From positions 64,001 to 128,000 of the forward strand of contig JBILLK010000005.1 in the NCBI GenBank assembly GCA_044376115.1: 64,000 nucleotides of DNA, given 5' to 3'. Numbering within the stretch: the first letter of the stretch is position 1; each line of letters opens with the position of its first letter. Origin of the DNA: Polyangiaceae bacterium. Its GTDB lineage: Bacteria; Myxococcota_A; Polyangia; Polyangiales; Polyangiaceae. Made by a program: the position numbers and the translations under genes. Under the pieces are notes generated by a model. The model was not told the origin of the DNA, did no database searches, and saw nothing but the letters and a program-made list of their open reading frames with translations. Of this stretch, positions 31,915-41,423 are shown in pieces.

Positions 31915-32451
31915 TTGGCTCTATCCTGGGCCCCATTGGAGCCTTTGGTCGACATTGTACCGCTCGCCGAGAGTTCGGTGTTGGCGCGTCACTACGCTGA
32001 TCGCATTCGGAAGAGCCTCTCGGATCGTTCAAGCCGGCGCAGCTTCCAAGCTTTGAAGTCGACCATCTTTCTTGTCGATTTTGATTCGGGGGAGGCCATC
32101 ACCCTTCGATTTGACCACGGTCGGCTGACACTTCATGACGGTGCGATCGGGATGCCATCGGTAACCTTTGGCGGCCCTTTACGTGCGCTCCTTAGCCTCG
32201 ACCGCGTTAATTGGGAGAACCTCAAACAGGTCGCGCTTGGGCGGGAGAACTCTGATCTTTCTCTCGTCGACACAGATGATCGGCGGTCATCGCCGCCGCC
32301 TGCATCGACCCGTCGTCCCAACGCTCCCGTTCGCGAACGCGTTTCGATGGGGGAGGTCTTGCGCCTCTACCGTGCTGGCGAGTTCAAGATCTACGGACTT
32401 TGGCGTCATCCCCGTACGGTTGCCCGCTTCCTGCGGCTGATTCGTGCGTGA
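31915..32451 (+). CDS. SCP2 (sterol-carrier)-like hypothetical protein
   Basis: AITLRF..G.L.LHDG....PSVTF.G and G.FKI.G pattern; start codon uncertain. Confidence 0.5.
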   Translation: MALSWAPLEPLVDIVPLAESSVLARHYADRIRKSLSDRSSRRSFQALKSTIFLVDFDSGEAITLRFDHGRLTLHDGAIGMPSVTFGGPLRALLSLDRVNWENLKQVALGRENSDLSLVDTDDRRSSPPPASTRRPNAPVRERVSMGEVLRLYRAGEFKIYGLWRHPRTVARFLRLIRA

Positions 32452-32576
32452 GGGCTACACGCCGCCCCTCACCATGTCGGCCTTGGAGCCAGTCATTCCT
32501 GACCCGTGTCAAGTTGAAGGACCGGTTGAACTTTGTGCCGGGTAAGTTGCATTGGCTTGGGCTACATTGAGAGGGC

Positions 32577-33410
32577 TTGGTCCGGCTTCGTTACCTGGGT
32601 CACAATCTCGAGGTTCCCGAGGGTGAATTCGTCATCGGGCGTAGCTCGCGCTGTCAGCTCAGCATCGATGACCCTTTGATATCGCGCCAACACGCGGTGC
32701 TCACCATACGAGGTGGCCACGCGACGGTTGAGGACCTGAGCAGTCGCAATGGAATCACCGTGAACGGGAAGCGAATTAGCGGCGTTACCGCGCTTCTTGA
32801 TGGCGATTCGATAACGGTCGGAACACAGCTGATGACCATCCATGGGGTTGCGCCAGAGGCTGGGCGTCCCAAGCGCTCGGAGCTGCAGACAATGCAGACG
32901 GCAGCGTGGCTTGAGCCTAGCGACGAAACCAACGCGGACGACACGCGCATCTCTCCCAGCCCCTTCAAGGTTGCACCCGACACGCGCGTCAACGAACTCA
33001 CGTTGGTTGGTGCTGTTGCTGAAAAAGCGCTGGCGATGGGCCGACCGGAGGATGCCCTGCGTCTGCTCGAGCGCCCGCTGCGAGACATCTTGCACCGCAA
33101 CTTGCGCGAGCCGTCGTTGGACGGGCAACTGGCTCAACGCGCGGTTGGGCTCGCAATGAAGCTGGCTTCGACCACCAATCGTTCCGACTGGGTCGACTTC
33201 ATCTTCGAACTTTACACTGCCCGTCGGGAACTGCTCCCGCAGGCGGTGGTTGACGAACTTTACACTGTTTTGCGGCGTATTCGCGGTGGTGGAGCATCCC
33301 TCCGCGACTACCTCGCGGCGCTTCGTGAGGAATCGGCGAAGTATGGCCCGAATGACCGATTCCTCATGTCCCGCATCGAAGGGCTCGAACCGTTCGTTGG
33401 TCTGAAGTAG
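32577..33410 (+). CDS. FHA-domain protein (paralog 1)
   Basis: IGRS, ISRQHA, DLSSRNGITVNG. Confidence 0.9.
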   Translation: MVRLRYLGHNLEVPEGEFVIGRSSRCQLSIDDPLISRQHAVLTIRGGHATVEDLSSRNGITVNGKRISGVTALLDGDSITVGTQLMTIHGVAPEAGRPKRSELQTMQTAAWLEPSDETNADDTRISPSPFKVAPDTRVNELTLVGAVAEKALAMGRPEDALRLLERPLRDILHRNLREPSLDGQLAQRAVGLAMKLASTTNRSDWVDFIFELYTARRELLPQAVVDELYTVLRRIRGGGASLRDYLAALREESAKYGPNDRFLMSRIEGLEPFVGLK

Positions 33411-33419
33411 GGTAGGGAC

Positions 33420-34250
33420 ATGCAGCATTTTCGGCTGCGATACCTCGCACACGACGTAGAGCTGTTTCCCGGTGAGTTTGTCATCGGGAGGAGCGAGGAG
33501 TGCCAGCTTTCCATTGATGATGCGATGGTCTCCAGGCGGCACGCGTTGTTGCGCGTTACTCCTTCGAGCGTGACTCTCGTGGATTTGGGCAGTCGCAACG
33601 GCGTTAGCCTGAACGGGACACGGATCAAGCAGGACACCGCGCTCAGTCACGGGGACCGCATCGCGATTGGCAAACATGAACTCGCACTCTCCGTCGTTGA
33701 TGCTCACTCGAAGCGCAACACCACCAACTTAGCGAGGACGTTAGGCGCGATCGACATCCGAGACCTCGAACTCGAGTCCGCTCGTCCTGCGGAACCGACC
33801 AGCGGAAAAGAGCTCGCGAGGATCATTGGATCTTTCAATACGCTCTCGAAGCTCGCGGACAAGGCGTTTGCACTCGGCCGAGCCGAAGAGGCTGAGCGCC
33901 TCTTGGTGGCTTGCTTCAGCGATTTGATCGCGGAGGTACAGAAGGGTACGGTTTGCACTTCCGAGCAACTCGAGCCGTTTGCCGTTTACGCCCTGCGTCT
34001 TTCGACTGAGCTATCAAAGGCGTCGTGGGTCGAGTGGATGCTGGAGGTACATCGACTGGCGGGCCTGATGTTACCCGGGCCAGCTGTGGAGGGGCTCTTG
34101 ACGCTTGGACCGAAGCTCAAGCACCTCTCGCGCACTCTGATCCTCGACTACGTCACGGGCCTATCGGAACAAACGTCGCTCACAGCCAACGAGCGCTTTC
34201 GATTGCATCGTCTCGAAGGGCTCGCGAAGCGCCTCTCATCGACTCGTTAG
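33420..34250 (+). CDS. FHA-domain protein (paralog 2)
   Basis: IGRS, VSRRHA, DLGSRNGVSLNG; aligns with paralog 1 over its length. Confidence 0.9.
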   Translation: MQHFRLRYLAHDVELFPGEFVIGRSEECQLSIDDAMVSRRHALLRVTPSSVTLVDLGSRNGVSLNGTRIKQDTALSHGDRIAIGKHELALSVVDAHSKRNTTNLARTLGAIDIRDLELESARPAEPTSGKELARIIGSFNTLSKLADKAFALGRAEEAERLLVACFSDLIAEVQKGTVCTSEQLEPFAVYALRLSTELSKASWVEWMLEVHRLAGLMLPGPAVEGLLTLGPKLKHLSRTLILDYVTGLSEQTSLTANERFRLHRLEGLAKRLSSTR

Positions 34251-34259
34251 CGCGAGCCG

Positions 34260-34724
34260 CTACTTCCGAAAGCCCAACATGCGCGCCGCTGCTGCCTCGA
34301 GAGCCGCACGCAACTCAGGGTCCTCGACGCGTGCGAGGCTGTCGGCGAGAGGAGCGTCAAGCGGCGTAGGTCTCGGCACAAGTTTGGCCGCTCTTCGGTT
34401 GGCGCCAACATCGGGTTCGACGGCGCCAACCCGAAACCGCAGCTCATTCACCTGCAGGCCCAAAGAACGCAGACGCTGGATGATCGGCTGAGAGAGGAGC
34501 GACAGTTCGTTCGACCAGGCAGCGGAAGACGCCACCACCATCAGCAGTCCGCGATCCAACCGGATGGGACGGGTCTTGGCGGCGATTCTGGTTCCAACTG
34601 CGGTTTCCCAGTCGCGGTTCGAAACCGGGTTCCGCGTCTCCTTCACTGCCTCTTTCAGCAGTTTGTCGCGAACGAGCACCGACCCAAGGGTCTCGAGGGG
34701 CCGCTCTCTCTTGCGTCGCCTCAC
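34260..34724 (-). CDS. DUF721/DciA-family protein
   Basis: W..AVG.RIA..TRP.....G.L.V...S.AWS.EL and LRFRVG. Confidence 0.8.
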   Translation of the reverse strand: MRRRKRERPLETLGSVLVRDKLLKEAVKETRNPVSNRDWETAVGTRIAAKTRPIRLDRGLLMVVASSAAWSNELSLLSQPIIQRLRSLGLQVNELRFRVGAVEPDVGANRRAAKLVPRPTPLDAPLADSLARVEDPELRAALEAAAARMLGFRK

Positions 34725-34740
34725 GACCCGCCCACGCCTC

Positions 34741-35646
34741 TCATCGAGCGGGGTTCACGATGATCTCGACGCGACGGTTGTTCGCTCGGCCCTCGGCTGA
34801 GCCGTTGTCGGCGACTGGATTGTCCGGCCCAAGCCCAGCGCAGTGAATCCTATCTCCGGGGTAACCGAGCGAAACCAAGTGCGCTTTGACTGATTCAGCA
34901 CGCGCAAGCGAGAGCTTGCGGTTCTCCTCAGCAGAGCCAACCGAGTCTGTGTGACCTTCGATGCGCAGTTTTGGATGGTTCTGATCTTTTAGGACTCGGT
35001 AGACGGCCGTTAGCTTCTCTTTGGCAATCGAGAGCAGATCACTCTTGCCGGACGTGAACAAGACCGAGCCGTCGAGGGTAATGACGACACCGCGTTGCTC
35101 CTCTTTGACTTGCGCCATCTCTTTGAGGCTTGCGAGCGCTGCCGCAGCGACGCGCTCGGCCTCCTTCCGGGCTTTCTCCGCTTCACTTCGGCCGCGCTCG
35201 GCCTCCTCGCGGGCTTTCCGCTCAGCCTCGGCACGTAGCCGTTCTTCCTCAGCCCGTTGCTTCTCTGTTTGGATCGCAGAGCGCGCTTTCTCAAGTTCCT
35301 GTGCGCTGCGTTCCTTGAATTCGTTTTCGGCAGCGAGTTTGGCATTGTCGGCTTCGGCTGTTTCTCCTGCCGCTGCTGCTAGTCGCGCTCGGCGCTCCGC
35401 GATGTAGCCGAGCGCGCGCGTCTCTGCCGAGTCTTCGGTATCTCTAAATGAGCGTTCCGCTTTTTGAAGAGCCTGTTTGGCGCTATCGAGTGCAGCTGGC
35501 GCGAGCGTAGCGGCGAGGCTGGCCTGTGCCTTTTCATAGCTCTTGCGGGCTTCGAGTAGTTCCTTTGGTGGAGCGACCGTTGCGCAGCCAGCGAGCAACG
35601 CCATCGACCATCCCAAGCCTGCTGCACGCATCCAACGAGTGTTCAT
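34741..35646 (-). CDS. OmpA-family lipoprotein with DUF4398 and coiled coil
   Basis: Lipobox LAGC; IEGHTDS, N.KLS..RA.SV, GRANNRRVEI. Confidence 0.92.
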   Translation of the reverse strand: MNTRWMRAAGLGWSMALLAGCATVAPPKELLEARKSYEKAQASLAATLAPAALDSAKQALQKAERSFRDTEDSAETRALGYIAERRARLAAAAGETAEADNAKLAAENEFKERSAQELEKARSAIQTEKQRAEEERLRAEAERKAREEAERGRSEAEKARKEAERVAAAALASLKEMAQVKEEQRGVVITLDGSVLFTSGKSDLLSIAKEKLTAVYRVLKDQNHPKLRIEGHTDSVGSAEENRKLSLARAESVKAHLVSLGYPGDRIHCAGLGPDNPVADNGSAEGRANNRRVEIIVNPAR

Positions 35647-35990
35647 GGCGTCACCGGCTTTAGCTTTTGCAGGTTCTTCTTCGCTTCTTCGGCTTGCGTG
35701 CGGCTTGCTTGGCGCCGCGCAAGTTGCCTAGCGAGTTCAGCGTCGGCCTCGGCCTTTCGCAGCGATCGATCCGCACGGTCGTTGTCCTCGGCCTCCATCT
35801 GCGACTTCCCCTTCTCAAGCGCTTCCCGAGCTAGCTTCAAATAGAGTTGTGCCTCAGGGTCTAGCTTGTCGGCACCAGCTTCTTCCGCGCCGCGCACCGC
35901 TGCTTGCGACGCAGCCAGCTGGTCTACCGGTGTTGGTCGACCAGCGCAGCCGGCCAAAAGGGAGAATGCCACCAAAAGAACGGTCCTCAC
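35643..35990 (-). CDS. DUF4398 lipoprotein
   Basis: Lipobox LAGC; A.AAVRGA.E.GA...A...L.LA and A.ADAELA; ATGA overlap with the OmpA gene. Confidence 0.85.
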   Translation of the reverse strand: MRTVLLVAFSLLAGCAGRPTPVDQLAASQAAVRGAEEAGADKLDPEAQLYLKLAREALEKGKSQMEAEDNDRADRSLRKAEADAELARQLARRQASRTQAEEAKKNLQKLKPVTP

Positions 35991-36012
35991 GATGGGCAGT
36001 TATATCCCCGAT

Positions 36013-36028
36013 TGCGATTGGACTGCCA
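36013..36028 (-). promoter_or_regulatory. Possible sigma54 promoter for the DUF4398-OmpA operon
   Basis: Minus strand TGGCAGTCCAATCGCA (GG-N10-GC). Confidence 0.4.
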
Positions 36029-36232
36029 CCAACGTGGCTGCACGAGACTCTTGCTGAGTTGCGGTCACCCACTGCTGGATCAAAGATCCACCTTGAGCCT
36101 CAATGATCGCGAAGCGGTGACGCGCTCGGGTCGGTTTATCGAGCGAAATTGCGCGCGACAGTGAAATGTTCCGCGGGCGGTGCACGGAAAGGTCCCTGCG
36201 CTGGTCGGCGTCGTCCTTGCATCGGGTTGCTC

Positions 36233-37105
36233 ATGACCTCTGGCGGCGCGCTCAGAACACCCGAAAAGCGAACTGACTCTGATGCTCCCCGTTCAGGTAT
36301 TCGGTCAGTGCCCCGTCCGCCGCTCAAGGCTCCAAAGGCCCCTCCGCCGTTGAAATCAGCGCTCGTCTCGTCAAGGCTACCCGCGGCCTCGGTGAAGCCG
36401 TCTGAACCGCCGTCGAGTCAGCTTCCGCCGCCTGCTCGCGAGTCGGTGCGCGCTGCCGTGAGGCCGCGTCCCTCGCGGCTCGATCTCGGGTTGCGTGCTG
36501 CGCAACGTCCGACGCTTGACACCATCGTCAACGAGGCGATGACCGCTCCTCCTGCGCCGCTCGCAACCCCCGAGCCTGCGCCCGCCATCGTTGTGCCGGA
36601 GGCACGTGTCGTCCCGGCCGCCCCGCCGATTCCGCCTCCTCGCGAGTTGAAGGCGGAGCTTCCGCGCAAACCCCAGCCGGTCAGCCGTGGATTCACCACG
36701 ACCGCACAGGATTGGCCAATCGCGCAGGTCCCCAGTGCGCCAGCTCTGCTCTTGCCCGAGTTTGGTGCACCTCCGTCGGGCGCTCCGGGGCCAACACAAC
36801 ACTCCCTTCCAGCTTTCCTACCTCCCCCGGGAATGTTCGATGAGGCCAGCAATTGCAACGTAGCCGTGGGCTGCGATGAAGTCGCTGAAGAGCTATCTCC
36901 AGTAGCTCCGCGTCCCTTAGCGGAGCCTATTCTCGAGCATAGGCCTATCGAAGAGCAGCCAGTTCCGGCCGTGGTTCTTGACCCGCGCGAGCTCGCCACG
37001 TTCAAGTCGCCGGGGCTCCTCCAACTCATTCAGGGCCTCCCGCGGTGGCTCTGCTTTGCGGGTGGAGTCGCAGCCGGAGTCCTCGCAACGTTGCTACTCG
37101 TGTGA
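36233..37105 (+). CDS. Pro-rich disordered protein with a C-terminal TM anchor
   Basis: Pro/Ala-rich ORF ending WLCFAGGVAAGVLATLLLV; fills the gap between genes. Confidence 0.6.
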   Translation: MTSGGALRTPEKRTDSDAPRSGIRSVPRPPLKAPKAPPPLKSALVSSRLPAASVKPSEPPSSQLPPPARESVRAAVRPRPSRLDLGLRAAQRPTLDTIVNEAMTAPPAPLATPEPAPAIVVPEARVVPAAPPIPPPRELKAELPRKPQPVSRGFTTTAQDWPIAQVPSAPALLLPEFGAPPSGAPGPTQHSLPAFLPPPGMFDEASNCNVAVGCDEVAEELSPVAPRPLAEPILEHRPIEEQPVPAVVLDPRELATFKSPGLLQLIQGLPRWLCFAGGVAAGVLATLLLV

Positions 37106-37108
37106 CGA

Positions 37109-38581
37109 TCAGCGCGATATCTTTGCTCGCGTAAGCGTCACGTCGAATTGCGTCGAGCCGCGCCCCACGGTCACAGTGACGCGCGTGCCCTCAGCACCTC
37201 GTAGGCGTTGCACGCAATCGGAGACGGAGAAGGTGCCTGCGTCACGTCCTTCAATGCGCTCGATGCGGTCTCCCGGCTCGAGTTTGGCCGCCTCCGATGG
37301 GCTGCCCGCAATGACGGACGCTATCTCGACGAAACGCTCTCCTTGCATGAGCGTTGCGCCAATGCCGGTCATTTCCATGTCGGTGCCGTCCCCCTTCTTA
37401 CCGAGATCAATCGTGAGCGACGCGCTCGAGCTGCGGTCGATCGTAATGATTCGCTCTTTGTACTCGGGGTGTGCCACCCGGATGGAGAATGACTCGGTTG
37501 GAACGCCTTCCAGCTCGAAGACTCCGGCGTCATCGGTCATGGTCGGTTTGAAGAAGGCACCGCTGGACGAGGCCGCATCAAGCCGCACGGTAGCCCTCGC
37601 GATTGGCTTTCCGCTCTCGCGGTCGGTGACGCTGCCCGACACGATTCCACCGCGACCAAGCTGGATCGTGACCCCTCGGACGTGCTCGCCTGCTGCGACC
37701 TCGACCAGCCGACTCTTCGCTGGTGGTCTGCCTTCGGCGGTCGCTACTAACACATAGGAGCCCGGGGCTAGCCCGTTCAGCGTGAATGCGCCGTCGGTGT
37801 CGTCGACTGCGACCTGCTTGCTCATCCTCTTTGAGCGAGTCCCGCTGCTGCTTTGGAAACTCTCGACTCCGATTGAGTACTTTGTGAGAGGTGAGCCATC
37901 TTCCTGCCGTACTTGCCCAGAGATTTTAGCAGGTCCTTGCAGTGTGAGCTCGTTGGGTGCACCGCCCTTTAGGGTCGTCGCTTGTGAAATCTGATCGTTG
38001 AAACTAGCCGTTGCGCTGCATCCGTCTGCTGACGGGGGAAAGGTGAATTGACCGGTTGCGTCGGTGAGCGCTGTTTCCTTGTTGCCGCTCGCACAGATAA
38101 CCATCGCACCGCTGACAGCGTTGCCCGCCTCGTCCACCACCGAGCCTTTGATGGATACCGCCTCACTCAGAACGAGGTCGTGCTCGTTGCTCAGAGCATC
38201 GATAGCAAGTTCCAACGTTGTCGTTTGAAAGCCGTTCTTGCTGACCTCAAGCACGCCAGCAGAGGCTGCCACCTTGAGCACAAAGCTGCCATCGCCACGC
38301 GAACTTGCGTTGCCCGCTTTCTTTCCGCCCACAAGCCACGTGACCTTGGCGCCACTAATCGGAGTCTTCGAGGCATCGACAACCGTGCCTCTCAACTCAA
38401 CGCGCGTCTTCGTCGTGGGAGTCGCGGGGCCAGCCGATGTCCCAACGCTTGCCGCCGAGGGCACCGTTGTTAGCGAGGTAACATCAACGCGAGGAAACAG
38501 AAACCACGCAAGCGCAGCGGGCAACAGCAATACGAAGCAAAGCCCCACCGTTATCCACGTGCTGCGTGAAAGCCGAACCAC
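37109..38581 (-). CDS. Membrane-anchored protein with carboxypeptidase-regulatory-like repeats and a C-terminal PDZ domain
   Basis: Repeated G.V.D..G.P(I/V)..A.V units; GIGA...GSP...A.L..GDRI..IEG...LRG..GT.V. GTG start inferred next to the upstream stop. Confidence 0.8.
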   Translation of the reverse strand: MVRLSRSTWITVGLCFVLLLPAALAWFLFPRVDVTSLTTVPSAASVGTSAGPATPTTKTRVELRGTVVDASKTPISGAKVTWLVGGKKAGNASSRGDGSFVLKVAASAGVLEVSKNGFQTTTLELAIDALSNEHDLVLSEAVSIKGSVVDEAGNAVSGAMVICASGNKETALTDATGQFTFPPSADGCSATASFNDQISQATTLKGGAPNELTLQGPAKISGQVRQEDGSPLTKYSIGVESFQSSSGTRSKRMSKQVAVDDTDGAFTLNGLAPGSYVLVATAEGRPPAKSRLVEVAAGEHVRGVTIQLGRGGIVSGSVTDRESGKPIARATVRLDAASSSGAFFKPTMTDDAGVFELEGVPTESFSIRVAHPEYKERIITIDRSSSASLTIDLGKKGDGTDMEMTGIGATLMQGERFVEIASVIAGSPSEAAKLEPGDRIERIEGRDAGTFSVSDCVQRLRGAEGTRVTVTVGRGSTQFDVTLTRAKISR

Positions 38582-38582
38582 T

Positions 38583-39131
38583 TCAGCTACTCGAACGCAA
38601 TCTCGCGCTGGGGTCAGCGCCGATCCCGCGAAAACCGCAGGCACCGACAATGCTGCACCTATTGCACGTCGGCTGCATGGGGAGACAAATAGCACGCGCG
38701 TGGTGATCGAGCAGAAGGTTGGCGCGGCGCGCGAGGCTGAGCGCCTCGCTTGCGGGCAGCTCGGCGTCGAGTGCGCGCGCAATCGACTCAAAGTTCTCCC
38801 CTGGGTAACCTACTCGAACGACGAGTCGTAGCGCTTCCTCACTCGGAGCGACGGAGCTCAGGTGGCCCGTCCAAAGCAGAACGCGATCACTGGTTGGCCT
38901 GTGCGTGACCCCGCACTCGCGGAGCTGTTTTCTGGCCTCGTTTAGTGGGAGCGCGCGCAGCGCCGGAAGCGCCCTCAGCACGGTATCTGCAACCTGCTGT
39001 TCGAGTTCGCCAAGCGCGCGAGTCAGGCCCGCGGTTTCGGCGGGAAGCTGGGCGTCGCGATGGAGTGTCTCGATGATTCGCTCCAGCTTGGAACGAGGCC
39101 GTCGAGTCACCTTGGATTGAAAATCGGCCAC
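38583..39131 (-). CDS. Degenerate endonuclease III (HhH-GPD)-like protein with a 4Fe-4S motif
   Basis: HHARAICLPMQPTCNRCSIVGAC = C-X6-C-X2-C-X5-C; HhH hairpin not recognisable. Confidence 0.65.
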   Translation of the reverse strand: MADFQSKVTRRPRSKLERIIETLHRDAQLPAETAGLTRALGELEQQVADTVLRALPALRALPLNEARKQLRECGVTHRPTSDRVLLWTGHLSSVAPSEEALRLVVRVGYPGENFESIARALDAELPASEALSLARRANLLLDHHARAICLPMQPTCNRCSIVGACGFRGIGADPSARLRSSS

Positions 39132-39256
39132 AGGTTACGACTCATGCACGAGCGAAGGTCGCGCCGAGCCTCCTCATGGTACTCGGTTTTCGCCCGGTCG
39201 CAGGTACTGTTGGTCCGACTTGGCAATGGACCAATAGGCTATTGGCGTTAGTCGCG

Positions 39257-39505
39257 CTACGGCTTTGCAGGAGCCGTCGAGGCCGATGGCTTGGAGACAG
39301 CGCTTGGTTCCGGCTTTGCTTGCCGCGCTTTACTCGGCGCCCGTGCTTCCGCCTCGCGCTCGCCAGCCGGTCCAAGGTCAACGTCCGCCGGCTCGGGCGG
39401 CCACGGGGACTCGCTCGAACTGCCCCCACAACCGCCCACTGCGAGCACAAGAATCAAAGCTAGACCAGCGACTCGAGCATTCTGCACGCAGCTCACTTCC
39501 GCCAT
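39257..39505 (-). CDS. Small lipoprotein
   Basis: Hydrophobic segment then VGGC-GGSSSESPWP. Confidence 0.55.
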   Translation of the reverse strand: MAEVSCVQNARVAGLALILVLAVGGCGGSSSESPWPPEPADVDLGPAGEREAEARAPSKARQAKPEPSAVSKPSASTAPAKP

Positions 39506-39550
39506 GCAAGACCCGGCTTCAAGCCAATTCCGCCGAAGTTTTATCAACGC

Positions 39551-41311
39551 TCAATCGCGGTGCTTCAACGCAAAGCGTGCCACCAGCAGGCAAAGCACGG
39601 CGTTGAGCGAGAGCCACAACCAAAGCCCGGGTTGGCCGAACGGCGAGAAGGTCTGTCCCAGTGCGAGGAGTGAAACGAGAAAGCTCGCCGTGCCCGCGGC
39701 GATTCCGCCAACAAAGCCACGCAGCCGCTTCACATGAAAGGTTGTCACCAGGAGGGCCAACGGAACGAAGACGTTGGCTAACGGCAGCAGCCGATGGAGA
39801 GAGGCGCCAACGAACAAATCGAGTTCACCAAGCGGTCGCGAGAGCAGGTCCACTGGCAGGAAGGCTCGTGAGGCAACGAAAGGCAGCAAAAACAAGCCCG
39901 GCCCAGCGAGCACACCACCTAGGGCGAACCCCGGGTTCAACACGCTAACCGTCTTGTCGCGTTGCTTGGCAAAGACCGTCAGCAGCAATGCAAACAGCGC
40001 GAGCAAGCCGCTTCGCCACAAACCCTGTTGCAGAGTTGCCGCTCTCGCTGCCGCTCCCGCATCAAGGATGCCGGCCCCATAGAAGGCCCGCCCCTCTGAC
40101 GAGGGATCAACGTCCCGCGCGCTCTTGAGCAACGCATTCTCAACCGCCTCGGGGTCGGAGAGCCCGGCACCGACTAACAAGGCTGCCGCGCCGGCGACGT
40201 GCGGTGAGGCCATGCTCGTGCCCTTCCAGCCCGGGAAGATTTCGCAGGCGTTTTTCCCTCCGTCGCAGATCGTTTGCTGAACGACGTCCACTCCAGGTGC
40301 AGCGATGTCGACGCCCTTTCCGCGCGAGGAAAAGCTCGCAAGCTTGTCCGATGGGTCGGTGGCAGATACCCCGATGACGCCAGTCGATCCTCCTGGAAAT
40401 CCTACCGATCCCCCGCTGTTTCCAGCGGCTGCAACGACCACGGTTCCCTGTGCCCGGGCGTGCGCAACTGCGTCCTCGAGCACCTTCGAATTACGAGGAC
40501 CACCAAGACTCAAATTGATGACCTGTGCCCCGTGATCGGAGGCCCAGCGAATGCCATTGGCGATATCCACCGTTGTGCCCCAGCCGCCCTTGTCGAGGAC
40601 CTTGACCGGCATCAGTCGGGCTCCGAAAGCCAAGCCAGCTGCGCCGACTCCGTTGTTCGTGGTTTGGGCGATGGTGCCGGCCACATGCGTGCCGTGACCG
40701 TGGTCGTCGTTGGCATGCGCGTCGTTGCGGATGAAATTCCAGCCGTCCACGCAACGTGTTGCGTTGAGATCCGTACCCTTGCTGAAGCCGTTAAAGTCCT
40801 CGCAAGCAACGCCCGTATCGATCACGGCGATGGTGACGCCGCGCCCGGTACCCCAGTTCCAAGCCGTCTCGGCGCCTACCCGCGTCATATGCCACTGCTT
40901 TTCGTACAGTGGGTCGTTCGGCACGTAGTTGGCTCGAACCCACGCTAGCGGTTCTGCACCCTCGATTCGCTCATCTCCGACCACACGGGTGATCGCTTGC
41001 TCTACGGAGAGCCCCGGAACGCGGGCGAGCTGAATGCGGGTCTCCTCCCCGAGGTCAGAATCGAAGAACTGCAAGCCGGGCAACTTCGCAGCAAGCGAAC
41101 TCTCGACCTCCTTCACTTCCGACATCGACAAGTCGTCGTCGAGGTCGACAACCACCCACCCCGGTATGTCCCAGGCGCTCTCTCCAAGAAAGACGCTGCT
41201 CTCCGGAGGCGCCGGAAGCTGCGGTTCATCGGCCGCTGCAGTTCGCGATGAAGCAGCAACCGCCAATAGAGCCGCGAGGCTGAAGACCGGAGCGCCGAAA
41301 CGTGTGAGCAT
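39551..41311 (-). CDS. Subtilisin-family (S8) serine peptidase with C-terminal membrane domain
   Basis: Catalytic triad IAVIDTG / HGHGTHVAG / GTSMASPHVAG; signal peptide; about five C-terminal TM helices. Confidence 0.93.
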   Translation of the reverse strand: MLTRFGAPVFSLAALLAVAASSRTAAADEPQLPAPPESSVFLGESAWDIPGWVVVDLDDDLSMSEVKEVESSLAAKLPGLQFFDSDLGEETRIQLARVPGLSVEQAITRVVGDERIEGAEPLAWVRANYVPNDPLYEKQWHMTRVGAETAWNWGTGRGVTIAVIDTGVACEDFNGFSKGTDLNATRCVDGWNFIRNDAHANDDHGHGTHVAGTIAQTTNNGVGAAGLAFGARLMPVKVLDKGGWGTTVDIANGIRWASDHGAQVINLSLGGPRNSKVLEDAVAHARAQGTVVVAAAGNSGGSVGFPGGSTGVIGVSATDPSDKLASFSSRGKGVDIAAPGVDVVQQTICDGGKNACEIFPGWKGTSMASPHVAGAAALLVGAGLSDPEAVENALLKSARDVDPSSEGRAFYGAGILDAGAAARAATLQQGLWRSGLLALFALLLTVFAKQRDKTVSVLNPGFALGGVLAGPGLFLLPFVASRAFLPVDLLSRPLGELDLFVGASLHRLLPLANVFVPLALLVTTFHVKRLRGFVGGIAAGTASFLVSLLALGQTFSPFGQPGLWLWLSLNAVLCLLVARFALKHRD

Positions 41312-41423
41312 CGCTCAAAGGTAGCGCTCTCAGTCCGTTCGACAAGCGCCGATCCCATTCAACCACCACGGCTGCCATCGAGTGATGCTCCGTGCCTCGA
41401 ACCATGCTAGTTCCCCCGCGAAT

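Noticed and set aside
32562..33707. 381-aa minus-strand ORF
   Set aside because: Antisense shadow of the two well-supported FHA genes; no motifs.
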